Assembly: GCA_028864975.1 (NCBI GenBank)
Contig: JAGWLG010000016.1
Location: 8,034-72,033, forward strand
Origin: Thermoplasmata archaeon
GTDB taxonomy: Archaea; Thermoplasmatota; Thermoplasmata; Lutacidiplasmatales; UBA184
Direction of reading: 5' to 3'
Length of the DNA: 64,000 nt
The notes under the pieces are model-generated. The model worked only from the letters and a program-made list of their open reading frames with translations, was not told the DNA's origin and did not search any database. The translations under genes were made by a program, and so were the position numbers. Of the stretch, positions 19,535 through 28,623 are shown piece by piece. How positions within the stretch are numbered: position 1 is the stretch's first letter; each line of letters opens with the position of its first letter.

Positions 19535-20545
19535 ATGCGCCACACGGCCCTCGTACGGGAGCTGTTGAGGTCGGGGGAACCCTCCATTCGATGGCGAACG
19601 CTCGTTCGCGTGCTCGGGGAGTCGCCTCGAACCCCTCGGGTCCGGGCCCTCGAGCGGGCCGTTCGGGCTTCCGCGCGCGTCCGAGCCCTGCTCTCCCACG
19701 CTTGGGCCCCGTACCGAGAGAACACGGCCCGTAGCGTCTACTACAAGTGGCAGGGGGTCCAGTGGGCCCTGGCCTCCCTCGCGGACGTCGGCCATCCTCG
19801 GGGAGACCGCAACCTCGGGGAGCTCCGGGACCGCATGCAAGGGCTCTGGACCCGTCCGTCCTTTCGACGTACCTACACGACGCGGACGAAGCTCGGCGGG
19901 TATGGCCGGCCCGCGGTGCCGGTGGTCCGAGGCCGTGCCCGACGGTGCGCCTCCCAGCAAGGCAACGCGCTGCTTTCGATCTGCCGGCTCGGACTCTGCG
20001 ATGACGGGACGAAGGAGCTCGCCTCCTTGCTGGTCGGATGGCAATGGCCCGACGGAGGGTGGAACTGCGACCGCGACCCGGGGGCCGACACGTCCTCGTT
20101 CATGGAGACACTGACCCCCATGCGAGGGCTCGCCGCTTTCGCGAAGGAGACCGGGGACATTCGCGCTAAGCAGGCCGCGCGACGAGCGGCAGAGGTCTTC
20201 CTCGAGAGGAGGCTCTTCCGTCGGCGATCGGACGGACGCATCATTCGACCCGAGTTCTGTCTCCTCCACTATCCCCTTTACTACCACTATGACCTCCTCG
20301 GCGGGCTCAAAGGCCTGGCGGAGCTCGGGCTCCTCTCGGACCCGCGGTGTCGCGAGGCCCTGGACCTTCTCGAGAGCAAGGAGCTGCCGACGGGTGGGTG
20401 GCCGGCCGAGGCCCGCTACTACCGCGTCTCGGAGGTCTTCCGGCCGGGCAGCGAGTTCGTCGACTGGGGCCCCGTGTCGGGGTCGAAGATGAACGAGTGG
20501 GTCACGACGGATGCGCTCTACGTCCTTCGAGAGGCAGGGCGCTAA
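19535..20545 (+). CDS. Prenyltransferase/squalene-cyclase-repeat (QW motif) alpha/alpha-barrel protein of unknown function
   Basis: LLVGWQWPDGGWNC and LLESKELPTGGWP repeats, plus YPLYYHYDLLGGL. ATG 19535 chosen because the upstream frame overlaps the divergent gene. Confidence 0.65.
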   Translation: MRHTALVRELLRSGEPSIRWRTLVRVLGESPRTPRVRALERAVRASARVRALLSHAWAPYRENTARSVYYKWQGVQWALASLADVGHPRGDRNLGELRDRMQGLWTRPSFRRTYTTRTKLGGYGRPAVPVVRGRARRCASQQGNALLSICRLGLCDDGTKELASLLVGWQWPDGGWNCDRDPGADTSSFMETLTPMRGLAAFAKETGDIRAKQAARRAAEVFLERRLFRRRSDGRIIRPEFCLLHYPLYYHYDLLGGLKGLAELGLLSDPRCREALDLLESKELPTGGWPAEARYYRVSEVFRPGSEFVDWGPVSGSKMNEWVTTDALYVLREAGR

Positions 20546-20653
20546 CCTCCCTCCTCGACCTGGCCACGCTGATTCGTGGGCCCTCGCGCGCGTCCACGAC
20601 CAGCGCGGAGTTTCCGGACGCAATCTCCTTGAGCGCACCGAATTGGCAGGAAC

Positions 20654-21583
20654 GTGCCCGTGCCCTCCTCCGGACGCGCGACCAAGGCTCGGAAGTCGGA
20701 CGTCGGGATCGTCAGCGCACTTCCCGAGCTGCGCCGTGTCTCCCCGGACGAGCGGGAACTGCAGGGTGCTCTGGAGACGCGAGGGCTTGTTGCCCGTCGT
20801 GTTGCATGGGACGCCACGAAGGTCGACTGGTCAAACTTTCGGCTCCTTGTCGTCCGCTCCACGTGGAACTACGTCCAACAGCGTGAGCGGTTCCTGCGCT
20901 GGGCGGAGAGGGCCCACCATGTGTCCGCCCTCTGGAACCCTTTGCGAACTCTTCGCTGGAACACCGAGAAGACCTACTTGCAGGACCTCGAACGGGCAGG
21001 GGTTGCGGTCATCCCTACACGTTGGGTCCGGGCGGACGAAGCCCTCGACCTCGCTTCGATCCGTCGGGCGACCCGTTGGGGCCGGCTGGTGGTGAAGCCG
21101 ACGGTGTCGGCAGGGGGATGGAGGACCTACCTCGTGGGGAGCGGCGATGAGGCACGCATCGAGCGTAGGGTCCTTCGCTCAAGACCTAGGGTGGACCTCA
21201 TGGTCCAGCCCTACCTGCGCTCGGTCGAGACCGTAGGGGAGATCGCTCTGATCTTCCTCGACGGCAAGTTCTCTCACGCGATCCGCAAGGAGCCGTTCTT
21301 GTCGGCCTCGAGGGTCTCGTTCGTCCCGCCGCGAGCCTACCCGAACGGCCGACAGAAGGCGCTGGGCCGGGCCGTGCTGAGAGCCGCGCCCGATAGGACG
21401 CTCTACGCCCGCGTCGACCTTCTGCGTGATGACGACGGCCGGTGGTGCGTCGGCGAGGCCGAGCTCACCGAACCCTACCTCTATCTCACGACGAGACCTG
21501 GTGCGGTCGAGGCGCTCGCCGCGGCGATCGAGCGCCGTCTCGATAGCGCAGTCAAGGAGAACACGACCAAACCGTCGACATAG
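20654..21583 (+). CDS. ATP-grasp ligase (RimK/glutathione synthetase-like, DcsG-like)
   Basis: VVRSTWNY, LRWNTEKTYL, VVKPTVSAG, MVQPYL, EIALIF, YARVDL, EAELTEP motifs. Confidence 0.85.
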   Translation: MPVPSSGRATKARKSDVGIVSALPELRRVSPDERELQGALETRGLVARRVAWDATKVDWSNFRLLVVRSTWNYVQQRERFLRWAERAHHVSALWNPLRTLRWNTEKTYLQDLERAGVAVIPTRWVRADEALDLASIRRATRWGRLVVKPTVSAGGWRTYLVGSGDEARIERRVLRSRPRVDLMVQPYLRSVETVGEIALIFLDGKFSHAIRKEPFLSASRVSFVPPRAYPNGRQKALGRAVLRAAPDRTLYARVDLLRDDDGRWCVGEAELTEPYLYLTTRPGAVEALAAAIERRLDSAVKENTTKPST

Positions 21584-21665
21584 GGTCGGTGAAGGAAAGA
21601 TTAACGGAGGACCGAGATACCGTCACGCCCCAGGCACGCCGACGGGTGGGCTAGGGTCCAAACCG

Positions 21666-22952
21666 ATGTGCGACGAATGCTCCTCCGAATCCGAGTGTCG
21701 ACACCCGACCTGTGCTTCCCAGGGGAACTCTTGCGCGTGCCGACTCCAGGGTCCCACGAAGTGCCCGACCTGCGGGCATGAATGTACCCCGTGGTGGTGG
21801 GGCATGGGGGTTGCCGAGGGCCCCGACTGGGTCCGGGACTTCCTGGGAGGAGTCGGGACGGAGAGCCCCGGGTTCGAGGAGTACCCCGCGACGAAGGCCC
21901 AGATCCTGGCTGCGTGGTCCTCGCGCATGCAGGATATCCTGTCGGACGGGGAAGCGACCCTGGACGACCCGCAGTGGCTCTCCACGCACCTGCCGGAGGG
22001 GACGTTCCAGGACCCGGGGGAGGTCTTCCTCGCGCTCTGCCCAGTGATCACCGGTCCCGCACTGGACGGTACTCGATGGGTGGGGAGCTCGCCGGTCGCG
22101 GCCCTGGCCAACGGGCAGCGTCTCGTGGTCCCCTCCGGACAGGTCGCGTTCCTCGTAGGCCCCGGTGGGCGGGTGCTCGACGCGTTGTCGCCGGGAGAGC
22201 ATGTCATTTCTCCCTCCACCGTGCCGCAAGCCGCCTCGGCGTCCCGTCCGCCTGCACCCGGGACCCGACGCTGCTCCTTCCATGCGTCCCCCCTGTTCTG
22301 TTACGCGGGGGACCTTGTCGGCGAGGTTCAGCACGCGACGCGTCCCCCGCCCGTACCCCCTGCGATGTTCCACGCCACCGTCCACTTCAGCTTGAGCGAC
22401 CCCGCCAAGGTCGCCCGTTCCCCGGCGGCGAAGGAGCTCCAGAACTCGAGCCCGACCCCCGCTCGCATGCTGTCGGCCGTTCTCGGTCCCCTGCTCGAAG
22501 GGCTCGACGCGTCGACCGTCAGCAACCACGCCAAGGTGGAGGCGTTGATACGCTCTGGACTCGATGGGGCAGGGCTCGGCGTGCGCTCCCTGACGTTCGC
22601 ACCCCTTGGACCGTACGGGATGCCTGCGCAGGCCGTCCTGGGGAGACCGCCGGGGATGTCGGCGGGACCCTCCGGGGGCATGCCTGCCGGCATTCCCCCC
22701 GAGGTGCTGGCCCGAATGCCCCCGCAGGCCCGCGCGATGATGGAAGAGAGGATGAGGGCGGCCATGGCCGCCCGGGCGGCGTCCGATGTTGGAGGAGCCC
22801 GCGGGGCGTCCGCTTCGCGACCTGGCCCCGGCTCGATGTACCCGGGAGCTCTGCCGGCAGGGCTCGTCGCCTGCCCGAGCTGCCAAGCTCCGAACCCGGT
22901 GACGATGACCGCCTGCCGCGCGTGCGGGAGACCTCTCGGCCCGACCCACTGA
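21666..22952 (+). CDS. Fusion protein: Cys-rich N-terminus, DUF2795-like domain, SPFH(Band_7_1)-like domain, C-terminal zinc ribbon
   Basis: 9 Cys in the first 40 aa; YPATKAQIL...LPEGTFQDPGEV; LVVPSGQVAFLV..G..LD.LSPGEH; CPSC..N...ACRACG. GAAAG-ATTAA promoter-like element at 21595-21604. Confidence 0.7.
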   Translation: MCDECSSESECRHPTCASQGNSCACRLQGPTKCPTCGHECTPWWWGMGVAEGPDWVRDFLGGVGTESPGFEEYPATKAQILAAWSSRMQDILSDGEATLDDPQWLSTHLPEGTFQDPGEVFLALCPVITGPALDGTRWVGSSPVAALANGQRLVVPSGQVAFLVGPGGRVLDALSPGEHVISPSTVPQAASASRPPAPGTRRCSFHASPLFCYAGDLVGEVQHATRPPPVPPAMFHATVHFSLSDPAKVARSPAAKELQNSSPTPARMLSAVLGPLLEGLDASTVSNHAKVEALIRSGLDGAGLGVRSLTFAPLGPYGMPAQAVLGRPPGMSAGPSGGMPAGIPPEVLARMPPQARAMMEERMRAAMAARAASDVGGARGASASRPGPGSMYPGALPAGLVACPSCQAPNPVTMTACRACGRPLGPTH

Positions 22953-23023
22953 CCTGGCCGCCCGCTCGGCCATCTCAGGGCCTTGGTGCCGGGTTCGGGC
23001 CCACCGCGCTAGGGGGCTCCCCG

Positions 23024-24757
23024 TCAGGGCCGGTAAGGGGGCGGAGGAGGGGGAGGGGCCGGTGGACCAGGAGGGAACGGGGGAGGAGCGACCGCGGGGG
23101 AAGGCGGAGGGGGCGCAAGCGACGGTGGCGGTGTCATGGGGCTGGAAGTAGATGGAGGCAAGGCCGAGGTCGCCGGGGGTGGGGCGTGGCGGGCCCTGAC
23201 CCGCCAGAGAAGGAGCACGACGACCAGGGCCACGACCACGATGGCCACGCCCGCCAGGATGTAGACCCCAGCGCTCCCGAGCCCGGCGATGCCGCCCGTG
23301 ACCGTGAGCGAGGTGCTTGCAGTGGCGCTCTGCCCTTTCGAGTCGGTCGCATAGACGGTGATCGAGTACGCCCCCGCGGTCGAGGGGGTGCAGCTCAGGC
23401 TCGCGGTGTTCGACGAGGTGCACCCGGGCGGGAGCCCTGTGTAGGAGTAACTGAGGGCTCCAGAACCTCCGGAGGCCGAGACCGATAGGGTCGTGGTCCC
23501 ACCCACGCTCACGGTGGCCGGGCTCGCGCCGAAGGAGGCGATGACCGGTCCGTTGCCCAAGCTCCCGTTCGGAGAGAGGATCGACAGGGTCCCATACTCC
23601 TGGTTCCCGACGTACACCGCCCCCGTACCCGCATCGTATCGCACGGCGTTCGGCTCGGTCCCGACCGGGGGGGTGGCCACGACCGCGTTCGTCGCGTCCG
23701 AGATGACGCTCACGTCGTTCCCGACCCAGTTCGCCACGATGACCTCGCTCGTGGCCGCGTCGAAGCCGAGGGCCATCGGGCTGACACCCACGGCGACCGA
23801 GGTCATGACCCGGTTGGTCGTGTCGGAGATCACGGTCACGTTGTTGGAGATGTCCTCCGCGACGAAGACCTCGCCCTTCCCCGGGTCGTAGGCCACCTCT
23901 TGGGGAGCGTTGGGCCCCACCGAGATGGTCGACACCAGCGCGTTCGTGGCGTCCGAGACCACGCTCACGCTGCCCGCCGAACAGGGAGGGGTCTGACAGC
24001 TCGAGCCCGAAACGAAGAGCTCGCTCTTCCCCGAGTCATACGCGAGCCCCTGCACGTACGTTCCCACATCGACGGTGGCTGTGACCGTGTTCGTGGCGTC
24101 CGAGATCACGCTCACGTTGTAGGTGGCCTGCTGCAGCACGAACACCTCCCCCTTCCCCGGGTCGTACGCAAGAAAGCCGGGCGGGTTCCCGATCGGGATC
24201 GACCTCACGACCGAACCGGTCGCAGCGTTCACCACCATGACATTGAGGCCGACCCCCACGAAGTACTCCCCCTTGGCCGTGTCGAAGGCGACCCCGCTCG
24301 CGCTACGTCCGAGCGAGACCGTCGAGGTCACGTGGTTGGTCGTGTCGGAGACGACGCTCATCAGACCGGAGCCGTTCTCGTCCGCCTCGAAGATGTCGCC
24401 CTGGGCCGGGTCGTAGGCGAGGTCGTCCGGAACCGCGGTGCACCCCGAGGGGATCCAGTTGCCCGGCTTCAGCGTGTTGTTGCAAAGGTCGAGGGTGTCG
24501 ACCACGCCCCACGAGTTGGCGCGGGGTCGAAGGGCGTCGCTGGTCGATGCCGCGTGCGAACGCACGATCGTTCCGCCCGAAAGGGGGGTCGAGCCCAACA
24601 CGACCCATCCTGCGCTAAGCGCGACGAAAGTCAGGAAGAGGACCACGCCCTGTCGAAGGACAGTGCAGGACCGGCCCTCACGAACTCGTCCTGTCGAGGT
24701 CCGGCCGGGAAGGTTCGTCGCATGGAGGGCTTGTGAGGTGCTGGTGTGTTCCATCAT
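23024..24757 (-). CDS. YVTN/YncE-type beta-propeller surface protein with one GLPPGC Ig domain, TM and Pro-rich tail
   Basis: Repeated AYDPGKGEVFV...NVSVISDATNTVTATVxVG; YTGLPPGC; TM then RVRARH. Start overlaps the upstream stop (ATGA). Confidence 0.9.
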   Translation of the reverse strand: MMEHTSTSQALHATNLPGRTSTGRVREGRSCTVLRQGVVLFLTFVALSAGWVVLGSTPLSGGTIVRSHAASTSDALRPRANSWGVVDTLDLCNNTLKPGNWIPSGCTAVPDDLAYDPAQGDIFEADENGSGLMSVVSDTTNHVTSTVSLGRSASGVAFDTAKGEYFVGVGLNVMVVNAATGSVVRSIPIGNPPGFLAYDPGKGEVFVLQQATYNVSVISDATNTVTATVDVGTYVQGLAYDSGKSELFVSGSSCQTPPCSAGSVSVVSDATNALVSTISVGPNAPQEVAYDPGKGEVFVAEDISNNVTVISDTTNRVMTSVAVGVSPMALGFDAATSEVIVANWVGNDVSVISDATNAVVATPPVGTEPNAVRYDAGTGAVYVGNQEYGTLSILSPNGSLGNGPVIASFGASPATVSVGGTTTLSVSASGGSGALSYSYTGLPPGCTSSNTASLSCTPSTAGAYSITVYATDSKGQSATASTSLTVTGGIAGLGSAGVYILAGVAIVVVALVVVLLLWRVRARHAPPPATSALPPSTSSPMTPPPSLAPPPPSPAVAPPPFPPGPPAPPPPPPPYRP

Positions 24758-27700
24758 GGTCCGGGGAGAGGGGGAGGCGGCGGGGCTGGAGGGTTCTCCG
24801 TCGGCAGAGGGGGAGGGCTCGCGCCGGGTCCGGGAGATGGTGCACTCGGAGCGGGAGGGGTCTTGGGTGCAGTTCCCGAGTCCGGCGTCCCCGCGGCGGG
24901 GGCATCGTCCGTCTTCCCCGGGGCCGTCTCACCGGCGGGAGATGCGGGCGCGGAGCCTTGGGACGAGGTAGAGGAACGGGGGCGTCGGGGTCGGCGGAGT
25001 CCGAGTACGACCAAGACCGCGCCCAAGACGATCGCGCCCCCGAGCACTAGGAGGATCCACAAGGTCGGCCCTTGGAACAGCGTTGAAGCTGTGGAGGAAG
25101 CCGAGGACACCACGAGGGACGTCGCGACGGTGACCGAGGAGCCCGCGCTGTCCGAGACCGCGGCGGAGATCGAGAACGTTCCACTCGCGCTGGGGGCACA
25201 CGAGACGTTGGCCCCGCTGGAAGGACAGCCGGAGGGTAGACCTGTCCAGACCACCGAGTAGGGGGCGAGCCCTCCGGAGACCTCCACCTTCCAGTCGACC
25301 GACCCGCCCGTGGCCGTCGAGGTCGGGGTCTCGACAAGGTAGGCATGGAGAGGGGCGGGCCCCACCGAGACCGACACGTTGGCTCCGGTCGAGTCGCCTT
25401 GGGAGTCGTTCGCCCAGACCTGGGCCGTGTAGCGACCGGAGGCGGCGTAGGTGTGCTGCGCGCTCGCGCCCACCCCGTGGGTCCCGTCTCCGAAGCTCCA
25501 GGCGAAGACGACCGGAGGCGCCCCTCCTTGGGCCGTCGCCTGGAAGGTCGTGGAGAAGGGAGCCGCCCCGGTGCTGGGCGTCGCTTGCGCGCTGACCGAG
25601 AGCGCCGCAGGGGCCGTCAGCACGCTCAGGGCGAGCGAGGCCGACTTGGCGACGATGCCGTTCGCGTCCGTGACGGTCACGTTGATCGCGAAGTTCCCCG
25701 GGGCGTTCGGGGTGCAGACGAGCAAAAGCGTGGAGGCGGATGGGCATCCTGGAGGGAGCCCCTTCCACACTTCCACCAACGGAGAGGTCCCACCCTCGAC
25801 GACCTGGGTGAGGGTCAGAGTGGAACCCATGACGGCGGGGTCCGGGCTGGCGACCGGGACCGCCAGCGTGGGTGCAGGGCCCACGACCACGGTGATCGGG
25901 GAGGTCGAAAGCGAGACCCCGTTCGAGTCCGTGACGTTGAGCGAGATGCTGTAGGTCCCTGGCGATGGGAAGTGGCAGGTCAGCACCTCGTCCGAGCCGC
26001 TGCAGACCCCCGCGCCCACGCCCCTCCAGAGGTCGGTGTAGGTCCCGGTGCCGCCCGAGGCGTTCGTCCACAGCGTGAACGATTGTTCGACGTCGACCTG
26101 GGTACGGTCCGCTCGAAGGGTCGGTCCGAGCACGAGCGCGGGGTCGACGGTCAGGGCCACGATCCCTCCGGCGAGCTCGGGGACCCCCCCGCTGGTGTTC
26201 GCCTCGTTGAAGATGGTGTAATTCCCCGCCGCCGTCGGAACGCAGGAGATCTTCGTTCCCATGAGGCCCGTGCAACCCGCCGGGAGGTTCTCCCAGGACT
26301 CGAGGACGGCTCCCGCGCCGCCCCCGCTGACCGAGGCGGAGAGCTGGACCGATTGCTGTGTCGCGTCCACGCTGGTCCGGTTGGCGATCGCTGGACCGGA
26401 GACGTTGAGGACCGGAACGGAGATGTTGAGGGCCGGTGCGAAGCACCAGGTGTCCTGGTAGGCGGTCGAGCCTCCAATGCCGCCGTAGAGGAGCGCGTAC
26501 CCGTCGGACGGGCTCGCGTCATAGGTCATGGCCGCGAGGTACCGGGCCATAGGATAGGGTGCCGTGTTCTGTACGCTCCAGGCGCCGCCCGCGAGGTAGA
26601 ACGCCTGGCCGGTCTGACCCCCCACGAGGAGTGTCTTGTTGTCCCGGGGGTCGAAGGTCATCGACGGATAGGCGATGACGACGCCCGTACAGCTCGGCTG
26701 GCACACCGCGGTCCAAGTGTCGTTGGAGAGGTCGAAGCGCCACGTGTCGTCCAGGGCGGTCGAGACGCCCCGCCCACCGTAGACGATCGCCCCGTGCTCG
26801 TTGCGGTCCCAGGTCGAGGCCGCGGCGGCCCGGGCCGGAGGGGAGGTGGCTGGGGTTTCCTGCGTCCAGGTCCCGTGCAGGAACGTCCAGGTCCCGGCGG
26901 TCGGATTCCCTGAGAGGTCGTTGCCGCCGAAGAGGACCAGAGGCCCTCCGGGGAAGGAGGGGGCGAGCGAAGGGAAGAAGAGCGCCGGGGGCGAGGTCGA
27001 GGGGGTGATGTTCGTCCAGGCCCCTCCTTGGAACGCCCAGGTGTCGGAAGCGAGGTGGCCGGTGAGAAGGTCCACTCCTCCGTACAGGATGGCCTCCCCG
27101 TCGGCCGCATCGTAGGCCATCGTGGACCCGAAGCGAGAGGGCGGAGAGTTCGATGCCGAGACGATGGACGGGGTGATGTTCGTCCAGGTCCCGTCCCGGT
27201 AGGTCCAGGTGGTCGGGAACAGGTCGTTCGTACCCGGAGTGAAGGCCACAACGTAGCCATCGGCGGCGTCGTCAGCCATCACCGTGAGGTCCGGGGTGGG
27301 GGGCAGGGACCCGGGGGGACCGAACTGGATCGACCAGGTGCCCGTCTTCCACGCCCAGAGGTTCGGGATCGGGCCCAACGTGAAGTTCAACTCGCCCCAC
27401 AGGAGCGTCTCCCCGGAGGGGTCCGCGGCGGCGGAGAGGAAGGAGCCGCCATACGGTAGTGGCGTCAGGGGGGACCAGGACGTGGTCGGGACCGGGGGCG
27501 TGAACACCCACATGTCCGAGTACTCTCCGCCGTTCGGAGCGAGCCCGCCCATGAGGGTGTCAGGTCCGGGGTTCCCCGCGATGGCGGCGAAGGCCCGGGC
27601 CCCTGGCGAAGGGACCTCCAGGTAGGTCAGGTTGTACCACCCCGTCGCGTTGAACATCCACGTGGCATTGGTGAAGGACGGGCCGAAGTCGCCGCCGAAG

Positions 27701-28623
27701 AGCACGTCGTCGGACCCGGGAAAGTCAAAGCCCAGCGTGGCCCCGAAGAGCGGCCCAGGGGTGACTGGGCCACAGGAGCCCTGTAAGCAGAGCTGCGTCC
27801 AGCCCGTGGCGAGACTGAAGGACCAGGTGTCGCCCATCACGGTCCAGGCCCCCGCCTCGACCTCGAGGCCCCCGTACAGGATGACCCCACTCCCAAAGGA
27901 TGTGGCGAGCGAGGACCACTCCCGCGGGGCCGGAGTGTTGTAGGGAGTGATGGACAGGGGGGTCAGGTTCTCCCACGCCCCCGCGGCGCTGAGACCCCAG
28001 GTGTCCCCCAGGACGTACCCTCCGGCCGAGACCCCTCCGAAGAGGACCATCAGGTGGTCGGCGGGGTCGTAGGCCATCACGGCAGAGTAGCGCGGGACCG
28101 GCGCGGTCGGGGAAGGAAGCACGGCCCAGGCCTGGGTGGTGGCGTCGTAGGTCCAGGTATCACCCTCCACCCCTCCGTTATCGGTGTACCCGCCGAAGAT
28201 GACGGTCGCGCTAAGGTCCGGGTCGTAGGCCATGCTCGCCGCGAACCGGGTCGCCGGCGCCCCGACGAGCCCCCAGGTGCCGGAGACGGCCGTCGAGGAG
28301 GGCCTGGAAGAGAGCGAAGAGGAGAAGGATGAGGCGGTCGGAGGGAACGCCATCGATGCGGGCCAGCCGGGGGGGCGCACCATCCCGGAGGTCCCCTGCG
28401 CGGGCGGTCGGACGACCTTGGAGAGCGCGGCAGAGACTGGGCTTCCCGGAACGGGAAGGTTCTCCCCTGGGGCGAGAGCCCTCGGGGAGAAGTGGCCGGG
28501 CTCCCTTGGGAGGGCTACGGCCGCAAATGCGTGACCGGCCGGGGTCGCGCCAGGCAGAAGGAGCAGCGACAGGACGCCGAGTACAAGGAGCAGCGCGGGT
28601 CGTGCAGCGCGCATGCCGCTCAT
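24754..28623 (-). CDS. Surface protein: 12 Kelch-like repeats, 4 GLPxGC-type Ig domains, PKD, TM, Pro-rich tail
   Basis: Signal peptide; MAYD...LFGG...DTW repeats; WSFGDG PKD; TM then RRPRRPR. ATGA overlaps at both ends. Confidence 0.9.
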   Translation of the reverse strand: MSGMRAARPALLLVLGVLSLLLLPGATPAGHAFAAVALPREPGHFSPRALAPGENLPVPGSPVSAALSKVVRPPAQGTSGMVRPPGWPASMAFPPTASSFSSSLSSRPSSTAVSGTWGLVGAPATRFAASMAYDPDLSATVIFGGYTDNGGVEGDTWTYDATTQAWAVLPSPTAPVPRYSAVMAYDPADHLMVLFGGVSAGGYVLGDTWGLSAAGAWENLTPLSITPYNTPAPREWSSLATSFGSGVILYGGLEVEAGAWTVMGDTWSFSLATGWTQLCLQGSCGPVTPGPLFGATLGFDFPGSDDVLFGGDFGPSFTNATWMFNATGWYNLTYLEVPSPGARAFAAIAGNPGPDTLMGGLAPNGGEYSDMWVFTPPVPTTSWSPLTPLPYGGSFLSAAADPSGETLLWGELNFTLGPIPNLWAWKTGTWSIQFGPPGSLPPTPDLTVMADDAADGYVVAFTPGTNDLFPTTWTYRDGTWTNITPSIVSASNSPPSRFGSTMAYDAADGEAILYGGVDLLTGHLASDTWAFQGGAWTNITPSTSPPALFFPSLAPSFPGGPLVLFGGNDLSGNPTAGTWTFLHGTWTQETPATSPPARAAAASTWDRNEHGAIVYGGRGVSTALDDTWRFDLSNDTWTAVCQPSCTGVVIAYPSMTFDPRDNKTLLVGGQTGQAFYLAGGAWSVQNTAPYPMARYLAAMTYDASPSDGYALLYGGIGGSTAYQDTWCFAPALNISVPVLNVSGPAIANRTSVDATQQSVQLSASVSGGGAGAVLESWENLPAGCTGLMGTKISCVPTAAGNYTIFNEANTSGGVPELAGGIVALTVDPALVLGPTLRADRTQVDVEQSFTLWTNASGGTGTYTDLWRGVGAGVCSGSDEVLTCHFPSPGTYSISLNVTDSNGVSLSTSPITVVVGPAPTLAVPVASPDPAVMGSTLTLTQVVEGGTSPLVEVWKGLPPGCPSASTLLLVCTPNAPGNFAINVTVTDANGIVAKSASLALSVLTAPAALSVSAQATPSTGAAPFSTTFQATAQGGAPPVVFAWSFGDGTHGVGASAQHTYAASGRYTAQVWANDSQGDSTGANVSVSVGPAPLHAYLVETPTSTATGGSVDWKVEVSGGLAPYSVVWTGLPSGCPSSGANVSCAPSASGTFSISAAVSDSAGSSVTVATSLVVSSASSTASTLFQGPTLWILLVLGGAIVLGAVLVVLGLRRPRRPRSSTSSQGSAPASPAGETAPGKTDDAPAAGTPDSGTAPKTPPAPSAPSPGPGASPPPLPTENPPAPPPPPLPGP

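Noticed and set aside
19535-20545. Call as squalene-hopene cyclase
   Set aside because: Only ~336 aa and no DxDD catalytic motif; only QW-type repeats are supported.
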